In this document: positions 37,169 through 51,399 of the stretch, piece after piece
Layout: each line of letters begins with the position of its first letter
Position numbering within the stretch: the first letter of the stretch is position 1
Origin: Hemiscyllium ocellatum
Taxonomy: Eukaryota
Length of the DNA: 64,000 nt
NCBI RefSeq assembly: GCF_020745735.1
Contig: NC_083416.1
Span: forward strand, 37,535,131-37,599,130
Reading direction: 5' to 3'
Position numbers and translations under genes: made by a program
Notes under the pieces: generated by a model
What the model was told of the DNA's origin: nothing
The model's database searches: none
What the model saw: only the letters and a program-made list of their open reading frames with translations

Positions 37169-40100
37169 ACTTCCTCAAACCCTCTTCGCTGCAAACTCAC
37201 CCGTGTTGGTACGGCCGAACATTGGGAGTATTTTGCCTTTGGTGATAGCAGCATCGCTCAATGATAATCAGCGCGAAGGGGTTGACAAAAACCCAGCAAG
37301 GTGTCCAGCTATGACCAATGTTGTTGTTTCGAGTTACTGCTTCGTTGCGCCAAACGTTTTGCTCGTTGACGGATCCGTTCGTTGCCGCTGCTTTTTGTTT
37401 GATTTTGATTCCACAAGACAAATGGACGGGAGAGATTTGGTTTTATTTTAAAGAAAAATCAATTAACGAACGTGTAACCGTCTCTTACAGTGATCTGGTC
37501 GACGGTGATTGAAGTGGTAGGGCCAGCAAAGTGTAACTTCACTTTGGAAATAAAAGAATTATACATTTAATCACTTGTTGATAATGACTACTGATCAATT
37601 TTAAGATAGTCGATGCGAGCTAATAGTTTTACGAAGCTGTTTTATTAACCTTTAAAACTTGAGTGGTCTAGTTTAAAAAATGTGTTTAACTGTAGTTTTC
37701 AACATATTAGATGAGAATGAGTTTTGCAACAACAGTAGCCTCTGGCCATGAATAGGATGCATGTCTTTGTGCCCCTTGTTTTTATAAAATGTATTGCCAA
37801 GAAGTGCTGCTTAATCATTTACATTAGGTACTTAATAGATTTTAGATTATAAATTTTAATTAACATGTCACATTAAAAGATGAGACATTACAATTAAGGT
37901 TTTAAGCATTGTTATAGCATAGCGTTAATACTACTTGTCTTTCTACAATGATATCTAAATCCAAATGCAACATTGTTTTTTGTTTAGGTCTTCTATAACA
38001 GTAAGGAGAAGATCCATTTTTCTAGAAAGTTTTGTCAATTTGTTCATTTTTTTTTGTTCGTATCATCTTCCCAGTAGATTGACTGACTGATTCCTATGGG
38101 TGTCTAATGCTACCCTTGCACATACCACGTACATCAACTCCATCCAGCCCAGTGTGTCTGTCATCAATTTTCTCCTCTGTCTCCCTCTTTTAATACAAAA
38201 ACTTTAGTATTGCTGAGGAAAGAGACGTGTTGATGAAGCTGTTTATCTTGCAGTCATCAGGACTGATGCAAAAATACCAAATTTCAAAGGGAACAAAAAT
38301 TACATGAGAAAAAATCCTAATTAGTCAAGGAATTGAATTAGAGAATAATTTTTCTTCAAATTTTGATTTAATTGAAAAAGTGCATTCCCTGGGCATGTTT
38401 CTTTGGTTTGCAGAGATGAAGTTAGCTGTTTTATTCTGCCATTTGTGTTACTACAGAGTAGTAGAATTCTCCACTAACAGAATGCTCCTATCAAGCTAGA
38501 AAGATGTTTTGCCTACAATGCAAGTGAGTGATGCGCTATGTAAATTTTTGTGCTTGTGCGATGTCAGTTATGTAGGCATATATCCAATGACTAGTTGATC
38601 TCATCAAACAGCATTTCACTTCAGTTGTCCACAATTTATGGGTTATCCTGATAAATGTGAATGCATGTGTTTAGATGACATTATTAGGTAGTGATTAAAA
38701 ACCAGCTGGTTGGTGATTTAAAACTGTAAGGACACAAACTGATTGTATTTTCTCCTTCGAGGTAATAGTGGGTGGTAACAGATTATCAGGGAACTAATAC
38801 ACAATCTTGAGCACTTGGATGCAAGCTGATGCTTTGAGCCATAGGATTTAAGAATGAATGTCAGTAGATTAAGAAAAGCATACCTTTTCATGAAAAGCCA
38901 GTGGCTGTAATGCTGGCAGTTTCAAACTGGATTGAACCTTGTAAACTTTGGAAGAATACAGTGAAACTAGATAGTAACTCTGAGTCTGTAGGATGATCAG
39001 GATCATTACGGTACTTGATCTGGGTCGAGTGACTTCACATTCTTTTGTGGATTAGACTAGGAAGGCATTTAGTAAGGGCTGATCCTCTATGTATTTCGTA
39101 AGGCTAATAATTCTTTGCTTGTTTCTATTTATTAACAAACAATGATGCTGTCATCATGATGTTTATATTTAAGAAATGGTTTATTAAAAAGTATATTGTT
39201 CCACATCATTTATAATGCATTTTATGCCACACCAGATGGGCATGGGATTTCATACAAAAGCCTGCAGTATCAGCTATGCCTCAGTAGGTAGCACACCTTG
39301 CCTTTTCAGCCAGAAAGTTGTGGACTCAAGTTGCACTCTGGAGACTTCAGATATCCCACTACAGCACAAAGGGAATACTGTGCCGAGTAAAAGACCCCCA
39401 AGCCACTATTTTGAAGATCAGTGGAGTTATGTGAAGTTTTGGGCAATGTTTATCCCTCAATCCATATCTCAAAAATACATTCCCAAACAGCTGCTTCTGG
39501 GACCTGCAATTGATTGCTGCATTTCCTATGTTACAACAGTAACTAGCATTAAAAGTACTTTAAAGGATGTTCCAAAGCACTTGACAGTCAAAGGTCGTAA
39601 AAGGTAATTTATAAGTGCAAGCCTTTCCTGAACAAGTGCAAGTCTTTCCTTCACAAGTCCACACAATTATGAATGCTGTCGGCTGCTTGTGCACTATTTG
39701 TTTTCTTAAAATATCAATACAGATTAAGTTATAAATCTCACAACACCATGTTATAGTCCAGCAGGTTTATTTTGAAGCACTGGCTATTGGAGCGCTGCTC
39801 CTTTCAAGTGGTTGTGATAAAAAAAATTAAATCTGAAATAATTGACAGAAATCTACAAGATTAGTACTTACGAGCTATTATACATGCTGAGAAAATGTGC
39901 AGCAGCAATAAACTAAAATATTGAACTGTAGAGAGAAGAATGTACAAATCAGACTATTTGTTCAAATTATGCAGAGATTTTGCAGTATTTTTCTCTGACT
40001 GTATGATGAGTACTGTTCACTTCTGGCTATTTGAGAAACAAGGGAAACATTCAGTCCCTGAAGGACAGCCATGGAGCTTATCCCTAATGTCAAAGGACTG

Positions 40101-40449
40101 TTTGTGCAGGCACAAAATAACCTTCTTTGTTTGGTGAATAGACTGAAGTAGTGGAATGATTTACACGCTAACTAACCGTCTGATAACGGGCTTTGATATG
40201 AATGCTCCTTCTCTGGCCACAGCTTTCATTATCCTGACGGATAGAATGGTTATTGTAATAAGCCTAGGTGTGATGGATAAATGGGATCTGTTGCTGCAGA
40301 TGACAAAGGCTTTAAAACTTTTTATGTTGGATGGAAAAACGAGGCCATCTCCCCATAATCAAATCTAGAGATCACAAAAACCAGCAGGTCACTTCAAGTT
40401 TATGGAGGTTGTAGGATGAGAGGCTCTCCTAGAGTATGTTAAGTAACCA

Positions 40450-43340
40450 AATTCTAGAGTCTGAAAATCTCCAATAATATTCAAGGAGTCTGTTCCCACC
40501 ACTTTTTCCAGGAAGAGAGTTCCAAAAACTCAAGTGCGCAAGAACAAGATTGCCCAGTTTTAGTTCTAAATGGATAACCACTGATTTTTAAACCGTTCTA
40601 GATTCATAAGAGGAACCGTTCAATCCACATCTATCTACACTGTTGATACCCCTCAGAATTTTGTTTTACTCTTCTAAACTTCAGCAGGTGCAAGCCTAGT
40701 CTGTCCAAATTTTCCTCCAAATTTACCCTACCCTTTTCCAGGTATTAGTCTAGTTAACCTTCTGTGAACTATCTCCAATGTGTTTGCATCTTTTCTTAAA
40801 TAAATTGTCCAGTGCTGTGTGCACTACTCCAATCAGGTCTCACCATTGCTCTGTATAACTGAATTATGATTCTTCTACTTCTGTATGCAATTCCCCTTGC
40901 GCTAAATAATAACATTCCATTAACTTTTCTAACTGCTCGCTGGATCCCCATGTTAAGTGCTTATGAAGCATACATTTGGATACCCAGATTTCTCTGCTTC
41001 TCTGAGCTCTGATAGCTCTCATTGCTTTCATCAAGACTTTACTTTTATTCTTCTTACCAAAACTTTACATATTCCTACTTTATACTCCATTTGCTCAATT
41101 GGTTCCTTTTTTAATTCATTCTTGGGATGTGGGCATCATTGTGTGTGCCAGCATTTTTGACCAATGTTAGTTGCCCTTGAAGGTGGTGGTGAGTGCTGTC
41201 TTGAACTGCTGCATTCCATGTAATGTAGACCCCTCCCGCCAGTTAATCCCATTAGAGAGGGAACTCCATATTTTGACCCACTGAAGGAACAGCAGCATAT
41301 TTCAGAATCAGGGTGGTGAGTGGCTTGGAGCAAAGCATGCACATGATGGTGTTCTCATATCTGCTACTCTTGTTCTTTTAGATTGTGGAGGCCATGGGTT
41401 TGCAAGGTGTTGTGTAATGATCTTTGGTGAATTTCTGCAGTGCATCTGCTGCTACTGGGTATTGTTGGTGAAGAGAGTAGATGTTTTGAATGTGATGCCA
41501 GTTTAAGTGGGCTGCTTTGTTCTCATGGGTGTCATATTTCTGGAGTGTTTTTGGAGCAGCATTCATCCAGTCAAGTGGGGATTACACCATAACCCTCACT
41601 TGTGTCTCATGGCTGATTGACAGGCTTTGAGGAGTTGGGAGGTGAGTTATTTGCTGCACTACTCCTAACCTCTGACCTGCTGTTGCAGCCACCATATTCC
41701 TATGGCTTGTCCAATTCAGTTTCTGCTGAGTGGTAATACCTGAGATGCTAATGGTCATGCCATTGAATGTCAAGGGGTGATGCTTAAACTGTCATTTATT
41801 GGAGATGATCATTCCCTGACATTTGTGGCAAGTAACATTCATGCCATACTTGTCAGTACAGCTGGATTTTGTCCAGCTCTTATTGTTTTTGGAGTTGTAT
41901 CTGGTGCTGAGTATTTTGCAATCATTTGCAAACATCCCCACTTCTGACCTTATGATGAAGGAAAGGATATTGATGGCGCAGGCAATGATGATTGGCCCTA
42001 GGACATTACCTGAGGAGCTCCTGCAGAAATACCCTGAAGCTGAGATGACTGACCTCCAACAACCATGATGACACTTTGGATGTGCCAGGTATGACTCCAA
42101 CTAGCAGAGAATTTGCCCCTTGACACCCTTTGACTCCAGTTTTGCTCCTTGATGCCTCTCATGAAGTGCAGTCTTGATGGCAGGAAAAAGTTACTCTGCT
42201 CTCACCTGTGGAATTCAGCTCTTTTGACCATGTTTGAACCAAGAACCACGAGGTCAGGAGCCGAATGGGTTCCACCTGAGCCAAACTGTACAACAGTGAA
42301 CAGATTATTGCTGAGTTGGTGCTTGATAACCCTAATGATGACACATTCCTCACTTTCCTGATTAACTTATCAATGCCTTTTTACATCCTCCTTGCGTCCA
42401 CTTCACAACTTACTTTCCTATTTATTTTTGTGTTGCCAGCAAATTGGCAGTCGTAATTTCCCTCTCTTCATCCGTCTCTTCTTCTATTTGTTCATTTGTG
42501 TACATTATAAACGCTTGAGGTCCTAGCACTGATATCTATGATACACTGCTTACTTCTTGCCAAGCACAGCAGGTCAGGCAGCATCCAAGAAGCAGGGGAA
42601 TTGACGTTTCGGCCATAAGCTCTTCATCAGCCCTTCCTGTACAACGTACTAACCATGACATTTTAGTTTCAGTAGTAACCTTGCTGGCATCTTATCAAAT
42701 GTCTTTTGAAAATCTGTGTACTGTGTATCTTATCGGTTCTCCTTTCTGTCCTCAAAGAACGCCTATAGATTGGTCAAGCATAACTTCCCTTTCAGAAAAC
42801 AATGTTGACTTGGCATGACTACCTTTAAACTTATGCAAATGTCTTTCTAAACTCTTTTTTAATAATTGCTTCTAACATTTTTCCGATGTCAGATGTTAAG
42901 CTATCTGGCCTGTAAATTCATTTTTTGTCATCTTTTTCCTTTATGGATAAATAAGTTATATTCACTATCGTCCAATATAATGGGTCCACCCCAAATCAAA
43001 GGAGTTCTGGAAATTAAAACTTTTTCTTTTAAGATTGTAGGATGAAGATCATCGGGACATGGCCATTTTTCAGCCACATCTCCTATAGTTTACTCAATAC
43101 TGCTCCTTTGGTGATTGTAATTTTCCTCAGTTCCTGCTCCCTTCTATTTCCTGCTATACTGTTGCTTCTGGGATGTTGCCTATCCTCTAATTGTGTCGAG
43201 TGATGCAAAATGGTTGTTCAATTCATTTCATTTCCTTATTTTCAATGATCAACTCTCCTCTCTGTTCGTCTGTTGGTCTTTTTTTTAAACTATTAGTTCT
43301 TTAAATATGTTTAGAAACTTCTTTTAAAACGGTCTTGTAT
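40450..43340 (-). mobile_element. Old CR1 LINE interrupted by a second CR1-clade LINE (about 41112-42360) and a pLTR snippet (about 42562-42632)
   Basis: Reverse-complement CR1 motifs. ORF 41792-42100 has NVLGP...MFAND (decayed RT). Minus-strand CTGATGAAGAGCTTATGGCCGAAACGTC at about 42603-42630. Confidence 0.65.
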
Positions 43341-43532
43341 CTTAGTCTGTTTCTGGTTAGCTTTCTTGTACTCTTTCCTCTTAGTTTTTTGGCCATTTTA
43401 AACATATTCTGTACAACAGATACCTCAAATCCCTTGAGAAGTAGTAAGTAATACTTGCGTAAAATTCTAAAAATCCACTGGGCAGGATAGATACTCCACA
43501 GGTTCCCTCTCTCAGACCAATCACAGCCCTCA

Positions 43533-43560
43533 CCCCCCCCCCCCCCCCCCCCCCCCCCCC
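43533..43560 (+). repeat. Poly-C tract (28 nt)
   Basis: Direct reading. Confidence 0.9.
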
Positions 43561-43569
43561 AACCCCCAA

Positions 43570-43860
43570 CCCAGTATTGGTGAATGGTGGACCAAAGTAC
43601 CCACATGACTGACTCCAGACTTCTGCAACAAGCTACTCTGAGCTCTGTCATGGCAAAACTTACCAGAAGGGCACAAGAAATACTCAAGCCTGTCCACACA
43701 TTTTTGAATGAAAAAATGCATTGTCCCCACTAACTCAGGAATTGCCGGCCCAAGACCATCCATTTTGAAGAAGCATCCGTGAAAGAACCAATGGTTTTGA
43801 ACAAGCACATGCATCAGATGGAGTATGTGAAAACCAGAGCACACTACCTGTAGGAGGATT
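43570..43860 (+). mobile_element. Decayed RTE-clade LINE fragment
   Basis: Broken translation MTDSRLLQQ..SELCHGK..EGHKKY resembles the RTE C-terminal RMPDSRLPKQLLYSEL..G.R..GG..KR motif. Confidence 0.45.
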
Positions 43861-44421
43861 TGCAAATTCAGCATTAGACTATTTAGTCATCTATGGGGCT
43901 TAAATCATCGGAATGTAGGAAAGTCACCCTTGATCTTATAGGACTACCTGAGAAGCAGACATATGTGGTTAAAGGATTAAACTGATTTATAATACATTGC
44001 AACCGTAACACAAGATTACAAAGCTGGACATTTGGTCTTATGTACAAAATATTTTGAACAAGTAGTTGGTGGACTAATTTTCTATATTGACATTTCCCAA
44101 AGAATAATCAATACTTCCTAAAATGAATTCACCACTTTTACAGTAAAAGTGAAAAGAAATGTTTTGTGAACAATTTGATGCTTAATTCAACTGGAATGCA
44201 ATTGTATTCAGCAATTCCAGTTGACTTGGACTCAGTTTGTTTCTGAAATGTTTTCTTTTTGAAATTTGAATGCAAAAAATCTATTATAGCGCTTGCTTTT
44301 GTAATGATGGTTAAATCTACGTCTAATTTGAAGCAAATGGTTCTACTCTACAGATTATCTCTTTGAAAATATCTGTAGTTTGGAAGTTAAAAGCCAGGCA
44401 GGGCACTGTGTATAACTTTTC

Positions 44422-44757
44422 AGTGAGAGGCATAGATGAGGTGAATACCAAAGGTCTTTTCCCTAGGATGGGTGAGTTCGAAACTAAGGGGTATATTTTT
44501 AAGGTGAAGGAGGAAGACTTAAACCTGAAGGGCAACTTTTTCCACACAGTGGCTTGTATGTAGAATGAACTGCCTGAGAAAGTGGTAGATATAGGTACAG
44601 TTGCAACATTTAAACATCTGGACAGGTACATGAATAAGAAAAGGTTTGAAGGATATGGGCCAAATGCAGGCAAGTGAAACTATTTAGTTTGAGTAATTTG
44701 GTCGGCATGGATGACTTGGACTGAAGGCTCTGTTTCACGCTGAATGACTCTGACTCA
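44422..44757 (+). mobile_element. CR1 LINE 3' tail
   Basis: RGIDEVN...LFPRMGE..TKG; tgactctgactc end. Confidence 0.8.
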
Positions 44758-45341
44758 AAATACTTCTTTTAGATAAGCAAAAAGGAGACCATTTTTAAGC
44801 TATTGTAAGATGAAATCATTTTCTATAGGGTTCATGTTTTATAGTCATGTCTGCTTTGCCCAAAGGCACATCTTTGGCTCGTTGTAGATTTTCCTTATCC
44901 ATTCCGTGTGAATCATTTCATTTGCCAATAATTTCCTTCAATTTTCAAGTCCTCCAACATTTGATCTTTCTTTTCATCTTTATTTCCTCCATTATGTCTC
45001 TAACAACCTTGTCTCCTCTTAAGATGTGTCCTAGCCAATTTCTGTCTTGTTCTGAATTATGTGCAATTACTTTTTTGTTGTTCTTTGACTCTCTACTGCA
45101 CTTCATTTGTTATTTTTCTGTCTATGCCCCTTGATTCAAAGCTGTTCAGCAAGTTAGTCTCCAACCTCCATCAGGTCCATGTCTTGCACATACACAAAGT
45201 AACACTTTCATTTAAACTCTTCACAAGGCATTTATTGAGTTTTCCAGTTACCAAGTCTTGTCTTGCCAGATATAGTCTGTTCCATTGATCATAGTCAAAA
45301 GGAGTAGAGTTAGACCATTTAGCCCATCGGGTCTCTTCTGC

Positions 45342-45876
45342 TGTCATCTCATCCCCCCCGGTCACAGAAAAATGCTCAGAGACACAGTAGTTTTACCTCC
45401 TTCGTCTTTATTCCGGGCCCTGGACGGAGAGAGAACGATTGCCCGTGCGCACAGAGACATGAGTTCTCCATCTTGTCTCTGGAACAGCAGTTTCTTAATG
45501 AATTATATACTCATTTGCATCCAGATAACGCAACGTGCATCTTGATTCGGTGACCATCACAGTCAGCAAGTGTCATTAGCAAAGGTTAAGCTATCTAGTA
45601 TCACACAATGAATGTTCTTAACCTTAACTGGCTTCACATAATGAAGACTTTTCATCTTGTTGAACTGACCTTACATACTGAATGCTTCCAATATTGTTAA
45701 ATGGCTCTACATAATGAATGCTTTTGTATCTTGTTAACCTATTACCCTTTTCTGCAGCACCCCATTGTTAATGTAAGTTTTTATCTGATCTGAATCATGC
45801 TCAGCTGAACCTGTTGTTGCACAAGACTCCGAACTTAACTCTTCCCCTACCTGCTTATACCCAATTCACGTTCTCA
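45342..45876 (-). mobile_element. Solo LTR (535 bp), ERV- or Gypsy-like, antisense in tspan17 intron 1
   Basis: TG...CA ends and 4-bp TSD CTGC (45338-41 and 45877-80), splitting a CR1 tail. On minus: octamer ATGCAAAT (45513-20), TATATAA (45503-09), AATAAA (45407-12). Confidence 0.82.
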
Positions 45877-45879
45877 CTG

Positions 45880-47960
45880 CTATTTGATCATAGTTGGTGT
45901 TTTTGATCCTCTTGCAAATCAAGAACCCGTCTAGATCAGTCTTTAAATGCACTATGACTTGATCTCCATAGTCTTCTATGTGACAATGTGTTCCACGGAT
46001 TATTTATCCTCTGGTTGAAGAAATTCCTTCTCTCCATTCAAGAGTTGTCCCTTCACTCTGAGGCTGCGCCCTCAGGTTCTGCTAGTTTCTCTGACTAGTG
46101 GAAACAGCTTATCCATGGGTCCACTCTATCTAGGCCCTTCAGTATTCTGTAAGTTTCAGTCAGATCCCCCTCATCCTTCTGAACTCCATCATGTAGAGTC
46201 CTCATATGACAAGTTCTTCATCCTGGGATCACTTTTGTAAACCTCCTCCAACGTCAACACATTCTTCCTTAGTTACAAAGGCCAAAACTTATCACAACGT
46301 TCCAAATGTGGTCTGCCCAGAGCCTTACACAGCCTCAGCAGTATATCTCTGCTTTTATGAGGGACAGGATGTACATGTATTTGGAAAGGCAAGGACTGAT
46401 TCAGGATAGTCATCATGGCTTTGTGCGTGGGAAATCATGTCTCACAAACCTGATTGAGTTTTTTGAAGAAGTAACAAAGAAGATTGAGGGCAGAGCAGTA
46501 GATGTGATCTATATGGACTTCAGTAAGGTATTCGACAAGGTTTCCCTTGGGAGACTGGTGAGCAAGGTTAGATCTCGTGGAATACAGAGAGAACTAGCCA
46601 TTTGGATACAGAACTGGCTCAAAGGTAGAAGACAGAGGGTGGTGATGCAGGGTTGTTTTTCAGACTGGAGGCCTTTGACCAGTGTATACCGCAAGGATCG
46701 GTGCTGGGCCCTCTACTTTCTGTCATTTACATAAATGATTTGGATGTGAGCGTTAGAGGTACAGTTACTAAGTTTGCAGATGACACCAAAATTGGAGGTG
46801 TAGTGGACAGCGAAGAGGGTTACCTCAGGTTACAAACTGGATGTTGACCAGATGGGCCAAATGGGCTGAGAAGTGGTAGATGGAGTTTAATTCAGATAAA
46901 TGTGAGGTGCTGCGCTTTGGGAAAGCAAATCTTAGCAGGACTTATACACTTAATGATAAGGTCCCAGGGAGTGTTGCTGAACAAAGAGACCTTGGAGTGC
47001 AGGTCCATAGCTCCTTGAAAGTGGAGTTGCAGGTAGATAGGACAGTGAGGAAGGCGTTTGGTATGCTTTCCTTTATTGGTCAGAGTACTGAGTACAGGAG
47101 TTGGGAGGTCATTTTGCGGCTGTCCAGAACATCGGTTAGGCCACTGTTGGAATATTGCGTGCAATTCTGGTCTCCTTCCTATTGGAAAGATGTTGTGAAA
47201 CTTGAAAGGGTTCAGAAAAGATTTACAAGGATGTTGCCAGGGTTGGACGATCTGAGCTACAAGGAGAGGCTGAACTGGCTGGGGCTGTTTTCCCTGGAGA
47301 GTCGGAGGCTGAGGGGAGACCTTATAGAGGTTTACACAATTATGAGGGGCATGGATAGGATAAATAGACAAAAACGTTTCCCTGGGTTCGAGGAGTCCAG
47401 GACTAGAGGGTTTAGGGTGAGAGGGGAAAGATATAAAAGAGACCTAAGGGGCAACTTTTTCACGCATAGTGGTACATATCTGGAATGAGCTGCCAGAGGA
47501 TGTGGTGGAGGCTGATACAATTGCAACATTTACGAGGCATTTGGATGGGTATATGAATAGGAAGGGTTTGGAGGGATATGGGCCGGGTGGTGGCAGGTTG
47601 GACTAGATTGGGTTGGGATATCTGGTCGGCATGGACGGGTTGGACCAAGGGTCTGTTTCCATGTTCTACATCTCTATGACTCTACATTCTAGTCCTCTTG
47701 AAATGAATGCTGGTGTTGCATTTGACCTCTATCTACCAACTGCACTTGCATGTTAACTCTAAGAGAATCCTGAACTAAGACTCCCAAGTCCTTTGTGCTT
47801 CAGATTTCTGAAGTCTTTCCCTATTTAGAAAATAGTCTACTCCTCTATTTTCCCTACCAAAGTGCATAACCTCACACTTTCCCACATTGTATTTTATTTG
47901 CCACTACTCTGTCCTCTTGTCTGGCATGTTCAAGTCCTTCTACAGGCTCCCTGGGTCCTC
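45880..47960. mobile_element. Minus-strand CR1 host interrupted by a younger plus-strand CR1 (about 46360-47685) with RT domain
   Basis: ORFs 46306-46734, 46653-46847 ([12 protein letters not shown]) and 46880-47488. The host sequence resumes at about 47686. Confidence 0.9.
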
Positions 47961-49340
47961 CACATGACCTGCTGCCCCCCCACCCCCCAATCATTTTGTC
48001 TTTGCTACCCTTGTTTTTATTTCTTTATTGAATTCCTGCATCTATTCTAGTTTCTTTTTATTAATGTAGGATAACAATTTGTTTCAGTTGTATCTTTGTA
48101 TTAAAATAAATTGCGCCTTTTCCTTTAATTAAATCTGCTCAAATTGTGAAGCCTGGTTGAGTTGATCAATTGATATCTGCATGACAATCAGAAACAGATG
48201 TTAAATATTTTACCTCACTCAGTGGAGAGAATAAAACAATTATAGGGAGATTTTTATTCAAGGAGTGTGGATATCACTAATCAGGTGAATATTTATTGCC
48301 TATTTCCAGTGTTGGTGAGCTATCTTCACAAATGGCTGCATTTGTGTGGTGAAAAGATAGATTTCTGTGATTATGCATGTTATTACAGTCATTATTACAA
48401 TTCAAGTAGAATAGTTTGCATTGCATCTAAATGGAACCTTTTTGATATGGTAATGTTGGCACTGTTTAGGTGAGAATTAATGAAGTGCCAGTCTTTATTG
48501 ATGTGATACTCCTTTTGTTTTCCTTTTTGTCGCTGTATTTAACTTTGACCTCACCTTTTACTCAAATGTGAAGAGAGGCAGATCCTTGGTATAGGAATGT
48601 AAAACATTTTCAGTGTATTGGCAGTTTTCTTGTTACTTGTCCCATACTGCATAAATCTTGGGTTTCTTTTGTCACACACATCTTAAGGTTCCTCTACAAG
48701 AACAGAATGGAAGAAAGAGGATTTGCATGCATGTAGAATAGTTCATGCCCACAAGATTCTCCAGCTGCCTTCAAGGCCAGTGTCATTCTTATGAATTATA
48801 GTCACTACTGTAACTTAGGCAGAGGGGCTGCCAATGTTTCTATCATTGGAAATAGTTTCTGGCAATGTAACTTCAAACCTTTTTAAGTTTGAGCAGCATA
48901 ATGCTCTTTAGTCAACAGTTCACTGAGAAGATCAGTCGTACGCACCATCTTCGATATATGGATTTAAATAACGACAGAGATGAACAGAAGGATGAGGGTG
49001 ATTTTTATTTTAAACCAGAAACTGGCAAGTACCACTTCCACTTCATGAATATTGGTCCTTTATCATAAAATGAGTGTGGAATACAAATGGTTGATAAAGG
49101 GGGTGAGAGATTAATTTGTTTTCGTTTTGGCTGTATTATTTAAAATTGAAAGCATAGAGATTTTACTTGCTATGTAAGTTGGAGCACTACATCTTTGTAA
49201 ATCACTCATTAATTTTTCTCCCATATGTACAAGCATCAACTCCACAGACTTGACTTGATAACGCTCGTTCATTGAAATATGTTTGAATGTCTACTAATCT
49301 ATGTAGCTAATGTGTTATTGTATCTCGTTATGTTTTGCAG

Positions 49341-49391
49341 TTGCTGGGTGCAGCATTTCTTGGAATAGGCCTTTGGGCATGGGCTGAAAAG
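49341..49391 (+). CDS. tspan17: Tetraspanin coding exon 2 (LLGAAFLGIGLWAWAEK)
   Basis: ttttgcAG acceptor, 51 nt, GTATGT donor; IGLWAW motif. Confidence 0.9.
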
Positions 49392-49514
49392 GTATGTTGC
49401 ATAAGTGTGGACATTGTACAAGATGCTCTTAATGCACAATCTACGTAAATCGGTTTTATAATCTATCCTTTAGAAAAAAAAATGCATGAGCTGAAGTAGA
49501 ATAAATAACATTTA

Positions 49515-50600
49515 GAGTCACTGAGGTATACAGCACAGAAACAGACCCTTTGGTCCAACTCATCGATGCCGACCAAGTATTCTGAATTAATCTAGTTCCA
49601 TTTGCAAGCATTTGGTCCATATCTCTCCAAACTCTTCCAATTCATATATCCATTCAGATGCCTTTTTAAATGTTGTAATTTTATCAGCTTCCTCCTCTTC
49701 CTGGCAGGTCATTCCATATACACACCACCTCTGCGTGAAAATGTTGCCCCTTTGGTCCCTTCTTAAATTTTTCCCCTCTCACCTTAAACCTATGCCCTCT
49801 AATATTTGACTTCCCACTCCAGGGAGACTTTGTCTATTTACCCTATCCATGTCCCTCATGATTTTATAGACCTCAAATGGTCACCCCTCAACCTCTGATG
49901 CTGCAGGGCAAATAGCCTTTTTCTATAGCTCAAACCCTTCAATCCTGACACTGTCCTTGTAAATCTTTTCTGGACCCTTTCAAGTTTCACAACATCCTTC
50001 CTACAGGATGGAGACCAGATTTGCACACAGTTTTCCAAAAATGGCCGAGCCAATAGCTACAACATGATCTCCCAAATCTTATACTCAGTACACTGTCCAA
50101 TAAAGGCAAGCATATCAGTGCCTCTTTTACTATCCTATCCACCTGTGACTCCACTTCTAAGGAACTATGCACCTGAACACCAATGTCTCTTTGTTCAGCA
50201 ACACTCCCCAGGACCTAACCATAAAGTGTGTAAGTCTTGCTCTGATTTGCTTTTCCAAAATGCAGCACCTCACATTTATCTAAACCCCATCTGCCACTCC
50301 TCAGCCCATTAGCCCAGATCCCATTGTAATCTGAGTTAACCTTCTTCACTGTCCACTACACCTCCAATTTTGGTGTCACCTGCAAACTTACTAGCCATAC
50401 CTCCAATGTTCAGATTCAAATCACTCCTATAAATGACGAGAAGAGTGGACCTAGCATTGATCCTTGTGGCATACTGCTTTTCACAGGTCTCAAATCTCCG
50501 CCACCACCCTCTGGTTACTACCTTGGAGCCAGTTCTGTATCCAAATAGCTATTTCTCTCTGTATTTCATGTGATCTAACCCTGCTAACCAGTCTTTGAAG
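49515..50600 (-). mobile_element. CR1 LINE 3' portion
   Basis: ORF 49856-50053 RPFLENCVQIWSP..LERVQKRF; reverse complement of the 46360-47685 family. Confidence 0.88.
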
Positions 50601-51399
50601 CTGCATTTGTTGCATTGCATTTAAACATAAGATACTATACATAATCATTTTGGCTTGTATTTGTTTGGTCATTGGCTGGGCTAGTGTTTATTGCCATCCC
50701 TAACTGTCTTTTGAGGAGTCGATAATGAGCTAACGTCTTGAACTGCTGCAGTTGTTGTGCAGTTAGATTTGATGTCCCACAATACTGACCCAGTGACGAT
50801 GATGGAGCAGCAATATCCAAGACCAGATTCTGAGACTTGGAAGGAAATCCTTCCACCTGTTTTACTTGTTCTTCTAGGTGTTCGATGTCACAGGTTTGAG
50901 TAGTGCATTCAGAGAGGCATTCAATTTATTCTAGTTGAGTGTGCCTTGTGGATTTGTCTCCAAGCAAAAGTCGCAATTGACTGGTCATTTGCTGAGCTTT
51001 TGACAATCGAACTCGCCATCTGAATTTGCATGCCATGCATGTCTCTGTCAGGTTTGACTTCTCTGTCCACACACATTCCTTACTGTGCACATCATTGACA
51101 GTTGATCTCATTGCCTGCCCACATTCCCTCATTAGTTACAATGCATAGCTTGCTCTTCCAGAAACCATGTGGCTTGAGAAAAGTACATGCTTTTCATAGG
51201 CTTTGCCAGCTTGTTGCATTTTGTTTTGGTCTCGATAGGCTAACCTTTATGCTGATGTATAGTGGTTAAGTTGAGGGAAGGTCTACGAAGATTTTTTACA
51301 TTGTGTATTTGCTTGATTTGGGTTTCTTCCATAATATTAAAACTGAATGAGGTGAAAGAGGAGCTGATGCATTCAGGAGGTGTTCACACCTCAAGTGCA

